A stretch of DNA of 64,000 bases from assembly GCA_013265495.1 (NCBI GenBank), contig MU057711.1, positions 2,430,844-2,494,843 of the forward strand, given 5' to 3'. Each line of letters starts with the position of its first letter. The stretch's first letter is position 1. Both the position numbers and the translations under genes were made by a program. Below the pieces are notes generated by a model. That model worked only from the letters and a program-made list of their open reading frames with translations. It was not told the DNA's origin and searched no databases. Below, piece after piece: positions 34,600 to 46,549 of this stretch. This DNA is from Vicugna vicugna. Taxonomy: Eukaryota.

Positions 34600-35460
34600 A
34601 GTTCTCTTTTTTCACCTTTTACTAGTGACTTTGCTACTTGAAACAAAGCATAGCCAAACAAGGGACTCAGTGCTTTTCTGACAATGATTTGTCCAACTGA
34701 AGTCACAGCACCATCCGAAAGTAAGGAACAGGCACAGGGTGGGAGCTACAGCCACGCCTCTGACGAGCGGAACACTGAACTTGGAAATGATTTATGCAAT
34801 GATTTCTCACCTCTTTATTTCACATTCCAATCTTAAGATAACATGTAAAATCTTAATGTTGTTTTCAGGAATAGCCAGTAAAAGAAATTGTTCATGGCCT
34901 TGTCGCTGTTGGAAGTTTCGTTTTTCTTTATGAAAACTACTTAAATCCAAAGTCAAGATGCAATAAAAATGTGCGAAATATGGCTGAATATATAAAGTAA
35001 GCAGTCTTGGATGTAAACGCATTTTAAAAATTTAAATGCAAAAATAGATTGCAGATAGTAGTCCCTGAAATAAGTTTTACAAAGTTGTAAAAAAAAAATC
35101 ACCTTTGGGTGCAAACAAAGTTATTAACGAAAATGTGCATTTTGATCATTCATTTTGGGCATTTCACTTAGCACTAGAGACAAATTTAAAAATTTATGAC
35201 AACATCGTGGAGCCATTGGGGCAGCCAAGACTGCCTGAAAGTGATTTTGAAATTAAAAATATTAAAGCTGAACAAAGAGACTGAGAAGTGCATTTTTAAA
35301 ATGTTGCATGAGAGTAGAATTGAGAGAAATCAAAAGTCCCCGCCCCCACAAGTTCTGAAAACTATTGAAGGAGTTTAAAGTGCAGCCAAATGACTCAATA
35401 GTGAATAAATCAATCCGTGAAACATTAAACAAAAAAGAAAGAAAGGGAAACCAGTGGCTC
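34600..35460. promoter_or_regulatory. Candidate AT-rich enhancer C (non-repeat)
   Basis: TGATTTATG 34788-34796 (PBX-HOX), TTTATGA twice, CAATAAAA, TGTAAAC, AACAAAG twice; no repeat recognised. Confidence 0.4.
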
Positions 35461-35699
35461 ATTCTGACGTTTTGTGGCTTTGACCATTGTTCTATCTACC
35501 AGTTCCCCAGCAGCTGTAGATGTCTACTAAACAGATGAAGATGCTGGAGGGTTTGGGGTGCACCCAGCTCCCACACGCTCCCCACCACCTCATCAGTGTC
35601 AGTTCTGGCTCTGCCCACTAAGCACTGCTGGTGTCTCATTTCTGTTTCTGGATTTTCTGTCAAAATTACTGACTACATTTGAACGATTATCCTGCAATT

Positions 35700-36645
35700 C
35701 AGTGTGGCCAAATAGCGCCAGTAGAGGAGAGAAAGTTCCTCTTTATGGAACAATAAGTGAGGAGTAAGACTCTCAGAAAATGGTCATTTTGCAACTGTCA
35801 GTGAAATAATCGATTTCGGCAAAGGTCATCAACGCATATTGGAAGCAGGAGGTAAAAAGTTGACTGAGAACTGGAGTTTTGCACAATGTCAGGGTAAGAA
35901 ACCTAGAGTTTACTTGCAAAAGGAAATATGTAATTCTCTATTAGCAAGATCTGTCTGTTGCCACCTTACCCGGAAATCAAACTGAGCATCACTGGTATGG
36001 AAATTCTGCTGTACCGGGCCTCCTGATCAGATGCCATGAGGAAGCACATAGTTTCACCTTTGAGGTGTTCTTGCCAATGACGCTGAACCTGCCTCTAACC
36101 GACTTTTTGGCCCTAACTCTGATTTATAGAAAATGTAGAGGTCAGAGGGACAAATTAAATGATATCACAAGGAAACGATCAAGTAGATGAATACAGAATG
36201 TACCATATTCCTTTAGATAAAACGTTTAATTTCTTGAACAAAGTCAATGTCGGGGGGAAAAACAACATTAAGAGGATTTTCAAGACTAAAAAGAGACCAA
36301 AGAGACAAGTATGGTCTTTGACTGGGTCCAAGTTTAAGCAACCATAATAGACGTTTTTGGAACAAATGAGGATTTGAGTATGGACTGGTTATTAGATGCT
36401 CCTAGGGAATTATTATCAATTTTATTAGACTAGATAATGGTATTGTGGGAAACTAACTTCATTTTTTGACAGTGTATGGTGAAGTATTACTGTCATGATG
36501 TCTGTAATTTACTTTCAAATGGTTCCACAAAAACAAAAATATGGATGAAGCAAATATGTTAAATACAGAGGGAAGTTTATGAATGTTCATTTTCCTGGTC
36601 TATTTTCCAGTATATTTCAAACATATCTTCAAAAAACTTAAAAAT
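35700..36645 (+). mobile_element. Old L1 3'UTR (L1MC5/L1ME4-like)
   Basis: ttcttgccaa...ctgaacctg...atttgagtatggactgg...ataatggtattgtgg...gtcatgatgtctgtaatttactttcaaatggtt. Confidence 0.65.
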
Positions 36646-37858
36646 GAAAATATTCCAGTGAACATGAAAAACTTTAAACCTCTTAATAGTCTGATCACAA
36701 ACAGCAAAAATATAGGGCAGTGACTGATGTAGGGAAAAAAAAAAGGCTATGCTATAAAATACTGACTTTATGGTCCCCATAGTGACAATAACCTGAGGAA
36801 GATGTGGGTGGTGGGGCTTGGGAGTGGTGGGGAGTGACTTTGCCGCAGTGCATGAGATCCCCCATGCTGGTGGCCTGCTAGCTCCTTTGGGAGCCGTTGC
36901 TGGGGTTTATGGCTAAGTTTATTAAATTCATTCAATACTTTGGCTCCTGCACAAGAAATACGCGTGTGCCCCTGGAAAATCTTTTAAAAAAAAACAAAAC
37001 CCCAAACCAAACAACCTACCAAGCCTATAAAATCCAGGCCTAGGTGGCGTCTACAAATTGTGTTTCACTCTCTCCCATTCTCCCAGTTTTACTGTCACCT
37101 CTCCTGAGGTTGGAGCATCCATGGCTCGCCCTTAGATTCAGAAGTTGCGATTCTTGACTTTGGCTGCTAAGAAAGGCCTGTGTGAACTTGAACAAGTGAT
37201 TTGCCTCCCGGGGCATTAAATTTTTCACCAGTAAATAAAGAATAACAAAACCTGTCTCTGAGGATTTTTGTTAAGTGAAATTTACATAACATAAACTAAC
37301 CATTTTAAAGCGAACAATTCAGTAGAATTTAGTACATTCCCAATCTTGTACAACCATCATCACCATCCAGCTACAAAAATTGTTCATCTTCCTAATTGGA
37401 ACCACTGTACCCCTTAAACAACAACTTCTATTCTCTCTTTCCCCTAGTTCTTAGAAACAACCAGTCAGCTTTCTGCCTCTAGGGACTTACCTATTCTGGA
37501 TATTTCGTATAAATGGAAATATACATATGAGCCCTTTTGTGTCTGGCTTCTGCCACTTAACATGATATTTTCAAGGTTCATCCATGTTGTGGCACGTGTC
37601 AGTGCTTCATTCCTTTTGGTGGCTGAGTAATATTGTGTGTGTATGTATATATATATATGTATATATTCACCATAATTTGTCTATCCATTTAGCTGTCAAA
37701 GGACATTTGGGTTGTTTTTACCCTTTGGCTATTGTGAATAATGCTGTCATGGATATGTATGTACAAGTATTTCTTTGAGTTCCTGTTTTCAGTTCTTTTG
37801 GTGTATACCTAGGAGTGAAACTGGTAGGTCACATGGTGATTCTATGTTTAACTTTTTA

Positions 37859-38048
37859 TTTATTTATTTATTTATTTTTATTTTTTAAACATTTTTTTAA
37901 ATTGAGTTATAGTCATTTTACAATGTTGTGTCAAATTCTAGCGTAGAGCACAATTTTTCAGTTATATATGAACATACATACATTCATTGTCACATTCTCT
38001 TTTGCTGTGAGCCACCACAAGATCCTGTATATATTTCCCTGTGCTATG
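37859..38048 (-). mobile_element. Young truncated L1 3' end with TSD nested in L1MB
   Basis: (TTTA)n tail; TSD tgtttaacttttta at 37845-37858 and 38049-38062. Confidence 0.85.
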
Positions 38049-40429
38049 TGTTTAACTTTTTAAACAGCTATCAAACTGTTTTCCTCAGTGGCTGAACCAT
38101 TTTAAATTCCCACCAGCAAAGTTTGAGGGTTCCAACTTCTACTTATCCTCACCAAAACTTGATATTTTCTGTTTTTTTTTTAATGTAGCTATCCTAGTGG
38201 GTGTGAAATACTATCTCAATGTGATTTTGATTTGCATGTCCCTAATGACTAGTGATATTGAAATATTTTCCTGTGCTTATTGGCCATTTATATGTCTTCT
38301 TTAGAGAAATGTCTGTTCAGGCCCTTTGCCCATTTTTGAATTGAGTTGCTATTTTTTTTGTTATTGTTGATTTATAGGAGTTCTTTGTATATTCCTGATA
38401 TTAATCTCTTCTCAGATATATAATTTGCAAATCTTTTCTCCTCATTTTGTGGGCTGTCTTTTCCCTTTTCTGATAGTGTTTTGATGGACACTCCTTTGAT
38501 GGACAAATTCTTTAAATTTGATGAAATTCAATTTATCTATTGTATTCTTTTATTGCCTGGGCTTTTGGTGTCATATCTAGGGCTCTACTGCCAAATGAAA
38601 GGTCGTAAATATTTACCCCTGTGTTCACCATGAGGATTACAATGAACATCCTAAATTTACAAGAATTTAGCTTAAATTGATTCCAACTTAGCTTCAAAAG
38701 CATATAAAACCTCTGCTCCTCTACATTTCCATCCTCTCTTTTTATGTTATTATTGGCAAATTTGCATTTATACATGTGTGCCTATTAACATAGATTTTAA
38801 ATTATTGTTTTATGCATTTATATTTTAAATCAGATAGGAAACAAAAGAAAGAGTTAGAAACAGAAAAGTAAAATAACACTGGCTTTTGTATTTACTTATG
38901 TAGTTATATTTATGGAGATTCCTTATTTCTTCATAGGATTTGAGTTATTGACTAGTGTTTTTTCATTTCAGCCTAAAGGACTCCCTTTAGCATTCCTTGT
39001 AGGTCTGGTCTCCTAGTGACAATCTCCCTCAGCATTTGCTTATCTAGGAATCACTTTATTTTTCCTTTTTTAATAATTGACTTTTTATTTTTTATTGTGT
39101 TAAAATGTGTAGAACATAAAATTTACCATTATAATCATTTTTAAGTGTACAGTTCAGTGGGCATTAACTACATTCACAGCGTTGCATAACAATCATCAAT
39201 ATCTATTTTCAGAACTTTTCCATCATTTCAAACAGAAACTTTGTACCCATTAAGCAATAATTCTCCATTCCTCCTCCAACCCCTGCTCCAGCCCCTGGTA
39301 ACCTCTGTTTTTTTCTGTCTGTATGAATTTGACTATTGGGAATACCTCATTTAAGTAGAATCATACAATATTTGACCTTTTTGTCTGGCTTATTTCACTT
39401 AGCATAGTGTTTTGAAGGTTCATTCATTTTGCAGCATGTATCAGGATTTCGCTTCCTTTTGGCTGAGTATACGATGGTTAGATCACATTTTGTTTGTTCA
39501 CTCATTAGATGATGGACACTTGGATTATTTCCACCTCTGGGCTATTGAGAATATTGTTGCTATGAATATTGATGTACAGGAATCTGTTTGAGTCTCTGCT
39601 TTTAATTCTTTTACCTAAATACCTAGAGGTGAAATTACTGGATCATACTGTAGTTCTATGTGTAACTTTATGAGGAGCCACCGAACTGTTTTCCTCAATT
39701 GCTGTACCATTTTACATTTCCACCAGCAACGTGTGAGAATTTTCTTCACGTCCTCAGCAACACTTCTTGTTTTCTGTTTTTTAAATTAAAAAAAAAAAAA
39801 GTCATCCTAGTGGGCGTAAAGTGGTATTTGGTTTTGATTTGCTTTTCCCTGGTGACTAGGGTTGCTGAACATCTTCTTACGCGCTAATGGTCATTTGTGC
39901 ATCTTCTTTGGAGAAACATCAAGTCCTTCGCCTGTTTTTGAATTTGGTTATTTGTTTTATTGTTGAGTTTTGGGTTGTGTTTAGTTTTTTATTCTCTTGA
40001 TAGTGCCTTTTGATAAACACAGTTTTAATTTTGGTGAAGTTATTTTATCTATTTTTTTCTTTTGTGGCCTGTGCTTTTAGTATCGTGCTTTAAGAAACCA
40101 TTGCCAAATTTAAGACCATAAAGATTTTCTCCTGTTTCCTTCAAACAGTTTTTCCTGTCTTCTTGCTGATTATAATATGTCTTATTTTGGATCTCTCTGA
40201 CTTGTATCCTACTTGGAGTTCACTGAGCTTCTTAGATGTGTATATTCATGTCTTTCATGAGATTTGAGAAATTTTTGGACATTATTTTTTCGAATATTCT
40301 TTCTGTTCCCTTTTCTCTTTCTTCTTCTGGGACTTTTATGATGTGCATATTGGTATGCTTGATGGTACACCACAGCTTTCTCATGTTCTGTTCATTTTCC
40401 TTTCTTATTTTTTCCCATTTCTCAAACTG

Positions 40430-40813
40430 TGTATTAATCTGTTCACTATCATAACAATATCACAGGGTAGGTGACTTAAATAATGGGCATTTCTTTCTCA
40501 CAGTTCTGGAGGCTAAGTCCAAGATCAAGGTACTAGCAAAGAGGTTTCATTCTGAGGCCTCTTCTTTGACTTCTTACCATACACTCACATAATCTCTTCG
40601 TGCACAAGTGGGGAGAGAGGTCTGTCTCTGTCTCTGTCTCTCTCCCCCTCTTCCTCTGCTTGTTGAGACATCAGTTCTATCAGATTAAAGCCCCATCCTT
40701 ATGACCACATTTAATCTTGATTACCTCCAAAGGCCCTATCACCAAATACAGTGCTATTAAGGGTTATGGTTTCAACATATGAATTTTGGGGAGACACAAC
40801 TCATCCCATAGTA
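40430..40813 (-). mobile_element. MLT1A/B-like MaLR solo LTR nested in L1
   Basis: tgtatta...ctcacagttctggaggctaagtccaagatcaagg...tttcaacatatgaattttggggagacac. Confidence 0.85.
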
Positions 40814-42399
40814 GGCAGGATGATTTTGATTGCCTTGTTTTCAAGTGTGTTGATTCCTTCATCTGCTTGGTCAAATCTGTTGTTGAATCTCTCTTGTAAA
40901 TTTTTCACTTCAGCTATTACTTTTCAGCTCCAGAATTTCCATTTGGTTCCTTTTTATATTTCCTATTTCTTTATTGATATTCTCTTTTTGTTCATATATT
41001 GTTCTTCTGATTTTCTTTAGTTCTTTGTCCACGGTTTTCTTTAGCTCATTGAACATATTTTAAATAGTTGACTTAAAATCTTTATCTAGTAAGTCTAATA
41101 TTTGTCTTCCTCACAGTTTCTTTCATTATCCTCCCACCACCCTCCCTGTGAATGGGCCATACTTTCCTGTCTCTTTGCTTGTAATTTTTTTGTTAGAAGT
41201 AGACATTTTGAATATTATAATATAGTAACTCTTGAAATCAGAATTCTCCCCAGGAATTGCTGTTGTTGATTTTTGAGGGCTGCAGCCATAGTTTATTTAA
41301 TGAGTTCCTCAAACTATTTTTGCAAATACTGTATTCTTTGTTATGCGTAGTCACTGAAGTCTCTGTTCCTTTATCTCAGAGGTTAGCCAGTGACCTGAGA
41401 GATTTCCCTAAATGTTTGGAGCCAAAAAGAAGAAAAATACTCTCCTGGTCTTTGCAGATTGGCTCTAAGCTGGGTTACTCCTTTAATGCTAAGTCAGGCA
41501 TATACAGTTCTACCATAGCTTTCACCTCCTGCCGGCGAAGATCCCAAAGATCAGCCAAAGATGGAAGCCTAGAGTCCTATCAGGTCTTTTCTGAGCATGT
41601 ATCCAGCCCTGGGCAAGCATGTTGCACTCCAGATTTCCTGGTGTATCTGGTAGTCCTTCGAAATCCTTATTGCCCCAAGAATGCTCCTCCTTAGCCTCCT
41701 CCTTCCCAGAATTATGGGTCTGTCTACTGATTGTCTGTCTACAAGTAGTTGACAGACTGCTTGTCTGTCCCACTCAGGTGGCTACAAGTAGTGTAATGCT
41801 TTCTACAGATGCCACATAGACAGCCACTCCAAGGAGAGGGGGACAAAACAAAGGTCAGCTTCTGTGCTGGTCCTTCAGGGAACTTCCACACAAGTCAAAA
41901 TACATCACCACAACTTTTTGAGAACAGCTCCAGCTCCCTTCAGCTCCAGAAAACCACACCAGGAATGCAGGCTGCCATCATCATGGTTGCTGCTGAGCTG
42001 GACAATGGATGATGACAGGCAAGTAAGCAAAATGCTACACGTTTTCTTATTAAAATTTAGCAGTCTGTTTCTTTATTAATCACTTCATTAGCTGCCAAAA
42101 GTTTCTTTAATTATTATTAGATTCTAGAGTTCTAAAAGAATTCATTCTGTTGGTGTTCTTTTTTTTTTTTCCACTTTAATGATTGCTTCCGTGGAAGGAT
42201 CACTTCTTAGAGTTCTTTACTCCTCTATTTCAGTGACATTACTCAACATCTCCCAGATTTAAAAAAATTTTTATTAATGAAAAATTTAAGCACACACAAA
42301 AGTGGGGAGGTATTTTAATGAATCCCCATGAACTTATAAACTAGTCTAAAAAATGATCACTCATGGCCAATTTTGTTTCCTCTATACTATCAACCAACC

Positions 42400-42610
42400 A
42401 TTGATTGAGAACTTGCTAAGGGCTATACTCAGAGTACTTCATACATTATCTTATTTCACTTTCTTAATGCTCTGTGAGGTAGGTATTAATATCCTCATTT
42501 CACAGATGAGAAACTGGAAACTGAGGGGTTTAGTAATTTTCCTAAGATCACATGCAGCTTCCTGGAACCAGGACTTGAACTTGTGTCCATCTGGGATCAG
42601 AATCATAGCT
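42400..42610 (-). mobile_element. MIR SINE
   Basis: ctctgtgaggtaggtattaatatcctcatttcacagatgagaaactgg. Confidence 0.75.
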
Positions 42611-42677
42611 TAAGCTGGTTCCCTAGTCACCTTTCCTTGGGAACTCATTTGATGCTGACAGCAACCTGAGAGGCAAG

Positions 42678-43082
42678 TGTGGTGAACATGGCTAATGCTC
42701 ATTCAAATCCACTTCTTACCTGCTTCTTGGTAGACAGGATTATGATTCCAAAACTTTGTGAAGTTGGGCAGGGAAACTGTGGCAAGTTCTGCCCAATGGA
42801 ATGTAAACAGAAATGACATACATCATGGTAATTAACTGCTGTGCTTCACTCTCTAGCCCTCTCTACACCTGCTGCAGGGAACTTGAGATGCTGGTTGTAG
42901 GTTACAGATTGAGGAATCTTTGTCACCTTGGGTCCCTGAGGGATGAGCACTAGAGTAGAGCACAGTTCTTTGCTGACCACATACATATAATGCATACAAG
43001 AAAGAAACCTATGCTGTGGCAAACCACTGAAATTTTGGGCTTGTTTGTCACTGCAGCACCATCTCTCCTATCCTGACTAGTA
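42678..43082 (+). mobile_element. MaLR solo LTR (MLT1H/I-like)
   Basis: gttctgcccaatggaatgtaaacagaaatgac...ccttgggtccctgag...ccactgaaattttgggcttgtttgtcactgcagca...tatcctgactagta. Confidence 0.7.
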
Positions 43083-44429
43083 AAGCAGGAAGTGCTATAA
43101 TTCCTTTATACATAAGGAAACTCAGATGCAGGGGTTGCCCAATGTCATACAACTAATTTAGCTTTAGAAATAGGGATGGAATCCATTTCTCTAATCCCCT
43201 GACTTAGATTTCTTCCTACTGGCTTCTGACAGTGTGCATAGCTTTCTGAAAAGGGCTGACCTGACGTGGGTGGGGGGATCCTCATATGATGCCAGAAGGA
43301 TCCTTTTTTCTGAATAACTCCTCATTCCATAGTTCCTACTATTAGCCCACATTTTTATAGCATTATTTCCTGTAGTAACACAGATCCACTCACTGTGGAG
43401 ATGGGCAGCTGGTGGTATGTGGGTGCAGCCTATTAGAGATTTCACCAATCGTTGCCCTGGTTTTAGAAAATGGGGCTTTTCTGACAATGTTTTATGGGGA
43501 GAGGGAGCATGTGTATGGCCTGATGGTACTGTGCATGGTTTTAGGTCAGGGAGATCCAAGTTTGAGTCCCATTTACTAGCTCTGTGGCCTCAGGTAAACC
43601 AATTAATTTTTAAGCCTCAATTTCCTCAGCTGTAAAATGTGGCCAATAAGAAAGAAGTTGTATTAAATTAGTTAAACTGTAGAAAACACTTGACATATGT
43701 GTTCATATGCTGAACTAGAGCAAGCCACAGTAGTCCCTGTTATTAGGGGAAGACTGTGGAAGTTTGAATGCCAGGATTTTGGTCTCGTAGGTGACTTAGG
43801 AGCAGCAGAATGCTCTAGGATAATCCTGGTGGCCTTGCACAGTGTGAAGGAGGGCAGAGGAAGGGGCCCAGTTGCAAAGCAATTGCAGCAATGCAAGTGG
43901 TTGCTCATGCAGTTTCAGGGCAGCGGAGGGACTGGGCGTGACAAGGAAGAACAGTCAGGAGAGGACACGGAAGGAAGAGAGGGCGGTGACGACAGCTGCA
44001 TGAACCTTCTCAGCGTGTCTCAAGTCACCTGTGTTGACTGATCCAGTTTCCTTCTTCTGTGCAGCCAGCCCAGGCCCTGCCCTGAGTTCTGCACATCTAT
44101 CCATCGCCTCCAGACCGGCTGGCGGGCTGGGTCAGTGGGGCAGGCTACAGGCAGTCGGCTGAATGCTGATGTCCACAGCTTACCAGTAGTTACTTTGAAC
44201 ATCAACCCTGCCTGTAGCTGGCTTCTCTCCCTGAGGTTCAGAAAGGAAAGCTCTTGGGGAACCATCTCAGAGGCCAAGGGCAGGTGCTGGAAGTTGAGGC
44301 CATGCTGGGAGCTGGCTCTTCCCTTTAAAGTGAAGCCACTGGCTACTGGCTTACTGGCCCCGTGTACCCCGGGAGCCCCTTCCTGCTTCCACTGGAATCA
44401 GACTTGCCTGGCCCCTTTTTCCAAGTCAG

Positions 44430-44860
44430 CTGAAAAGTTTCTAATCTCTTTGCAAAGTGTCAAGTATCTTCCAGTGCCTTGAAAGGTGATTTTCTAAAAG
44501 CAGATCAAACAGTTTTGACATTTGCTGCCAAGCCATTTAAAGTCCTACTACAGGCTTGCCGCTGGCCTCGGCAGCTCGACTGGCTGCAGATAAAGGCTGA
44601 AGCGGCATCTCTCGTCACAGACATGAGGAGCCTGCTCGTGGGAGCTGCATCCTGGAGAGAAACATATTCCGTAAAAGTTAATCTGCTGCTTTGTCTTGGC
44701 CAACAATTTATTCTTTCATGAAAGCCAGGCCCTGGCCCCCAGTTGAATTCTGCACACACATTTTTTTAATTTGCTGGAATTTGCAAAAACACATCAGTGG
44801 CCCTGCTGCCTTTTGGTTTTTTATGTTTAGCAAAATAATCCCACGGCATCGCCTTCAAAG
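44430..44860. promoter_or_regulatory. Candidate enhancer D (non-repeat)
   Basis: AGATCAAA, CAGATAAAGG 44587-44596, TGACATTTG, TGCCAA, TAATCT, AACAAT; shares short words with enhancer A. Confidence 0.4.
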
Positions 44861-45149
44861 GACTCACAGCATCACACTCTGCCCAGTTCTATTCTGGCTC
44901 TCCAAAGAGGGAGTGGAACAGTGTTTACATGCCCATGGGGAGCATGGGGCCAGGGGTCACCAGTCCACTGTGTTGTGAGGGGCTGCCAGCCAGGACCATC
45001 CAGAGGACTTGCCAACTTGGATGCTTGCAAGGGTCAGGCAAATCAAGGAAATGGGCCAAGTGAGCTGGGGCAAACACTGAGGAGTGGTGAGGACTGAGGC
45101 AAACTGGAGACAGGATGTCCTGTCTAAATGGGACAGCTGGCCTTATTGC

Positions 45150-45355
45150 AGAACGATTTTTGCCATGTGGGAATGGGGGCCCAGTGCCCTCAGAGCTTCC
45201 CATTTCCCAAAAGAAGCAAGGCATTTGGCATTTTAAAAATGTGAAATCTCCATTTTCAAATGTTGGCCCAAATTCTCTTCAAACACTCTACAGTCCAAGC
45301 CAAACATGTCCGCTGGCTGAATCTGGCTTCCAGGGCTGCCCGCTTACAACCTTTG
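45150..45355. mobile_element. MER103C-like hAT fragment
   Basis: tgtgaaatctcc...aatgttggc...ttcaaacactc...ccaaacatgtc...gaatctggc...acaacc. Confidence 0.5.
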
Positions 45356-46388
45356 ATCAAGGAGGCAGAGATAGGGGTGGGGGCCCAGACTTACCTTTTC
45401 TCTTTAATCTAAAGGGTCGTCCGGTTTCATGGTCTCAGATAGGGAAACTGAGGCCCATCTCTCAGAGATCTCACTGATCTTTCTCCTCCATCTACTGCCT
45501 CTCTCCTCCAAGACTGAAGAATGTCACTTCCCAAGATAACAGACTTAAGGGGTGACATCTCCCCAGGACTTGCATTTTAATAAGGGAGCCATAAAAGCCT
45601 TTGTATCTCAAAGAAATGCCTCTTTTCGATGGCAAGATTTCAGACAAAGTGACAGGGCCATGGGATGAGGGCTTTTCACAAGTCCCTCACGTGCTAGATG
45701 CCTGTGCACTCTGCCCAGCCCCAGCTGGTTCCTGGGGGAGGTCTTCCTCAAGCAATGTTTGGGATACAGGTTCCTGTTCTCCCACAACCTGGTTCCCGGG
45801 GAGGGGAGGCCACTGGAACTCTGGGGCGTACGTTTGGCGTTTCCACACCTGCCGTCTGGCGTGAACCTCCCAAGATGGTGCTGGCTTTGGCTGCTGGCTG
45901 GCATGGCAGACGGTGTCTCCCTCCTCGGCTGCTCCGTAAAACAAATCCAACCTGCAAATGTTCGCCCAGGACCTGCTCCAGGCTTGGCCAGAACAGAAGC
46001 GGTTTGCCAGGAGGAGAGGATGTCATTCTCGCCTTCTCTGCCCTGCTGGCCTGGTCAGCCAGGCTTCTCTATTGCCCCACGCTCCCAGCCGTGTCCTCAT
46101 CCCGTGCCCCTCCCATGTGCAGCCTGTTGGAGCCCTGACCACCAAATTAGCCCTTTGTGATTTTATTTGGCTTTTATTGGCTCAAGCTGGATGTTGGAGA
46201 TGGAGCCAGATGTGAGGCTGCGGGACCACTTGAAAGGCCAGGTAATTAGCAGCATCTGCCTTTGCCTTCTTATCTTGACAGGCGGACACACAGAGCAGTG
46301 ACCTGGGAGCTGGGAGGCAGCTGCCTTCTCCACATTAAACGAGGCAAAGGGCAAAGGGGAACCTTCCTTGGCCTGGAGTGCCGCCATC

Positions 46389-46438
46389 TGTGTGCGTGCG
46401 TGCATGCGTGTGTGCGCGCGTGTGTGTGTGTGCGTGCA
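46389..46438. repeat. 50-bp perfect alternating pyrimidine-purine tract (TG/CG/CA)
   Basis: tgtgtgcgtgcgtgcatgcgtgtgtgcgcgcgtgtgtgtgtgtgcgtgca. Confidence 0.9.
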
Positions 46439-46549
46439 AACACATGAGTGTGAGTATACTGAAGAATTATCCCCTCTGCCTACTGCTCTCTTGCCCCCAG
46501 ATTCAGGAAGAACCATCTGCCAACCTCTAAACACCCAGGGTAGAATTAG

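Larger units (their letters stand above)
37265..42245 (-). mobile_element. Composite nested L1 block (L1MB 3' fragments, older L1M 5'UTR/ORF1 region, young L1 and MLT1 inserts)
   Basis: L1MB-type 3' ends begin at ~37270 and ~39070 (accattttaaag...caattcagt...); L1M inter-ORF/ORF1/5' region at 38620-39065, 40150-40425 and 40815-42245. Confidence 0.8.

Noticed and set aside
19770..35460. Assignment to a named developmental locus
   Set aside because: I cannot recognise the candidate enhancers well enough to name a target gene; a BLAT search against human or mouse is needed
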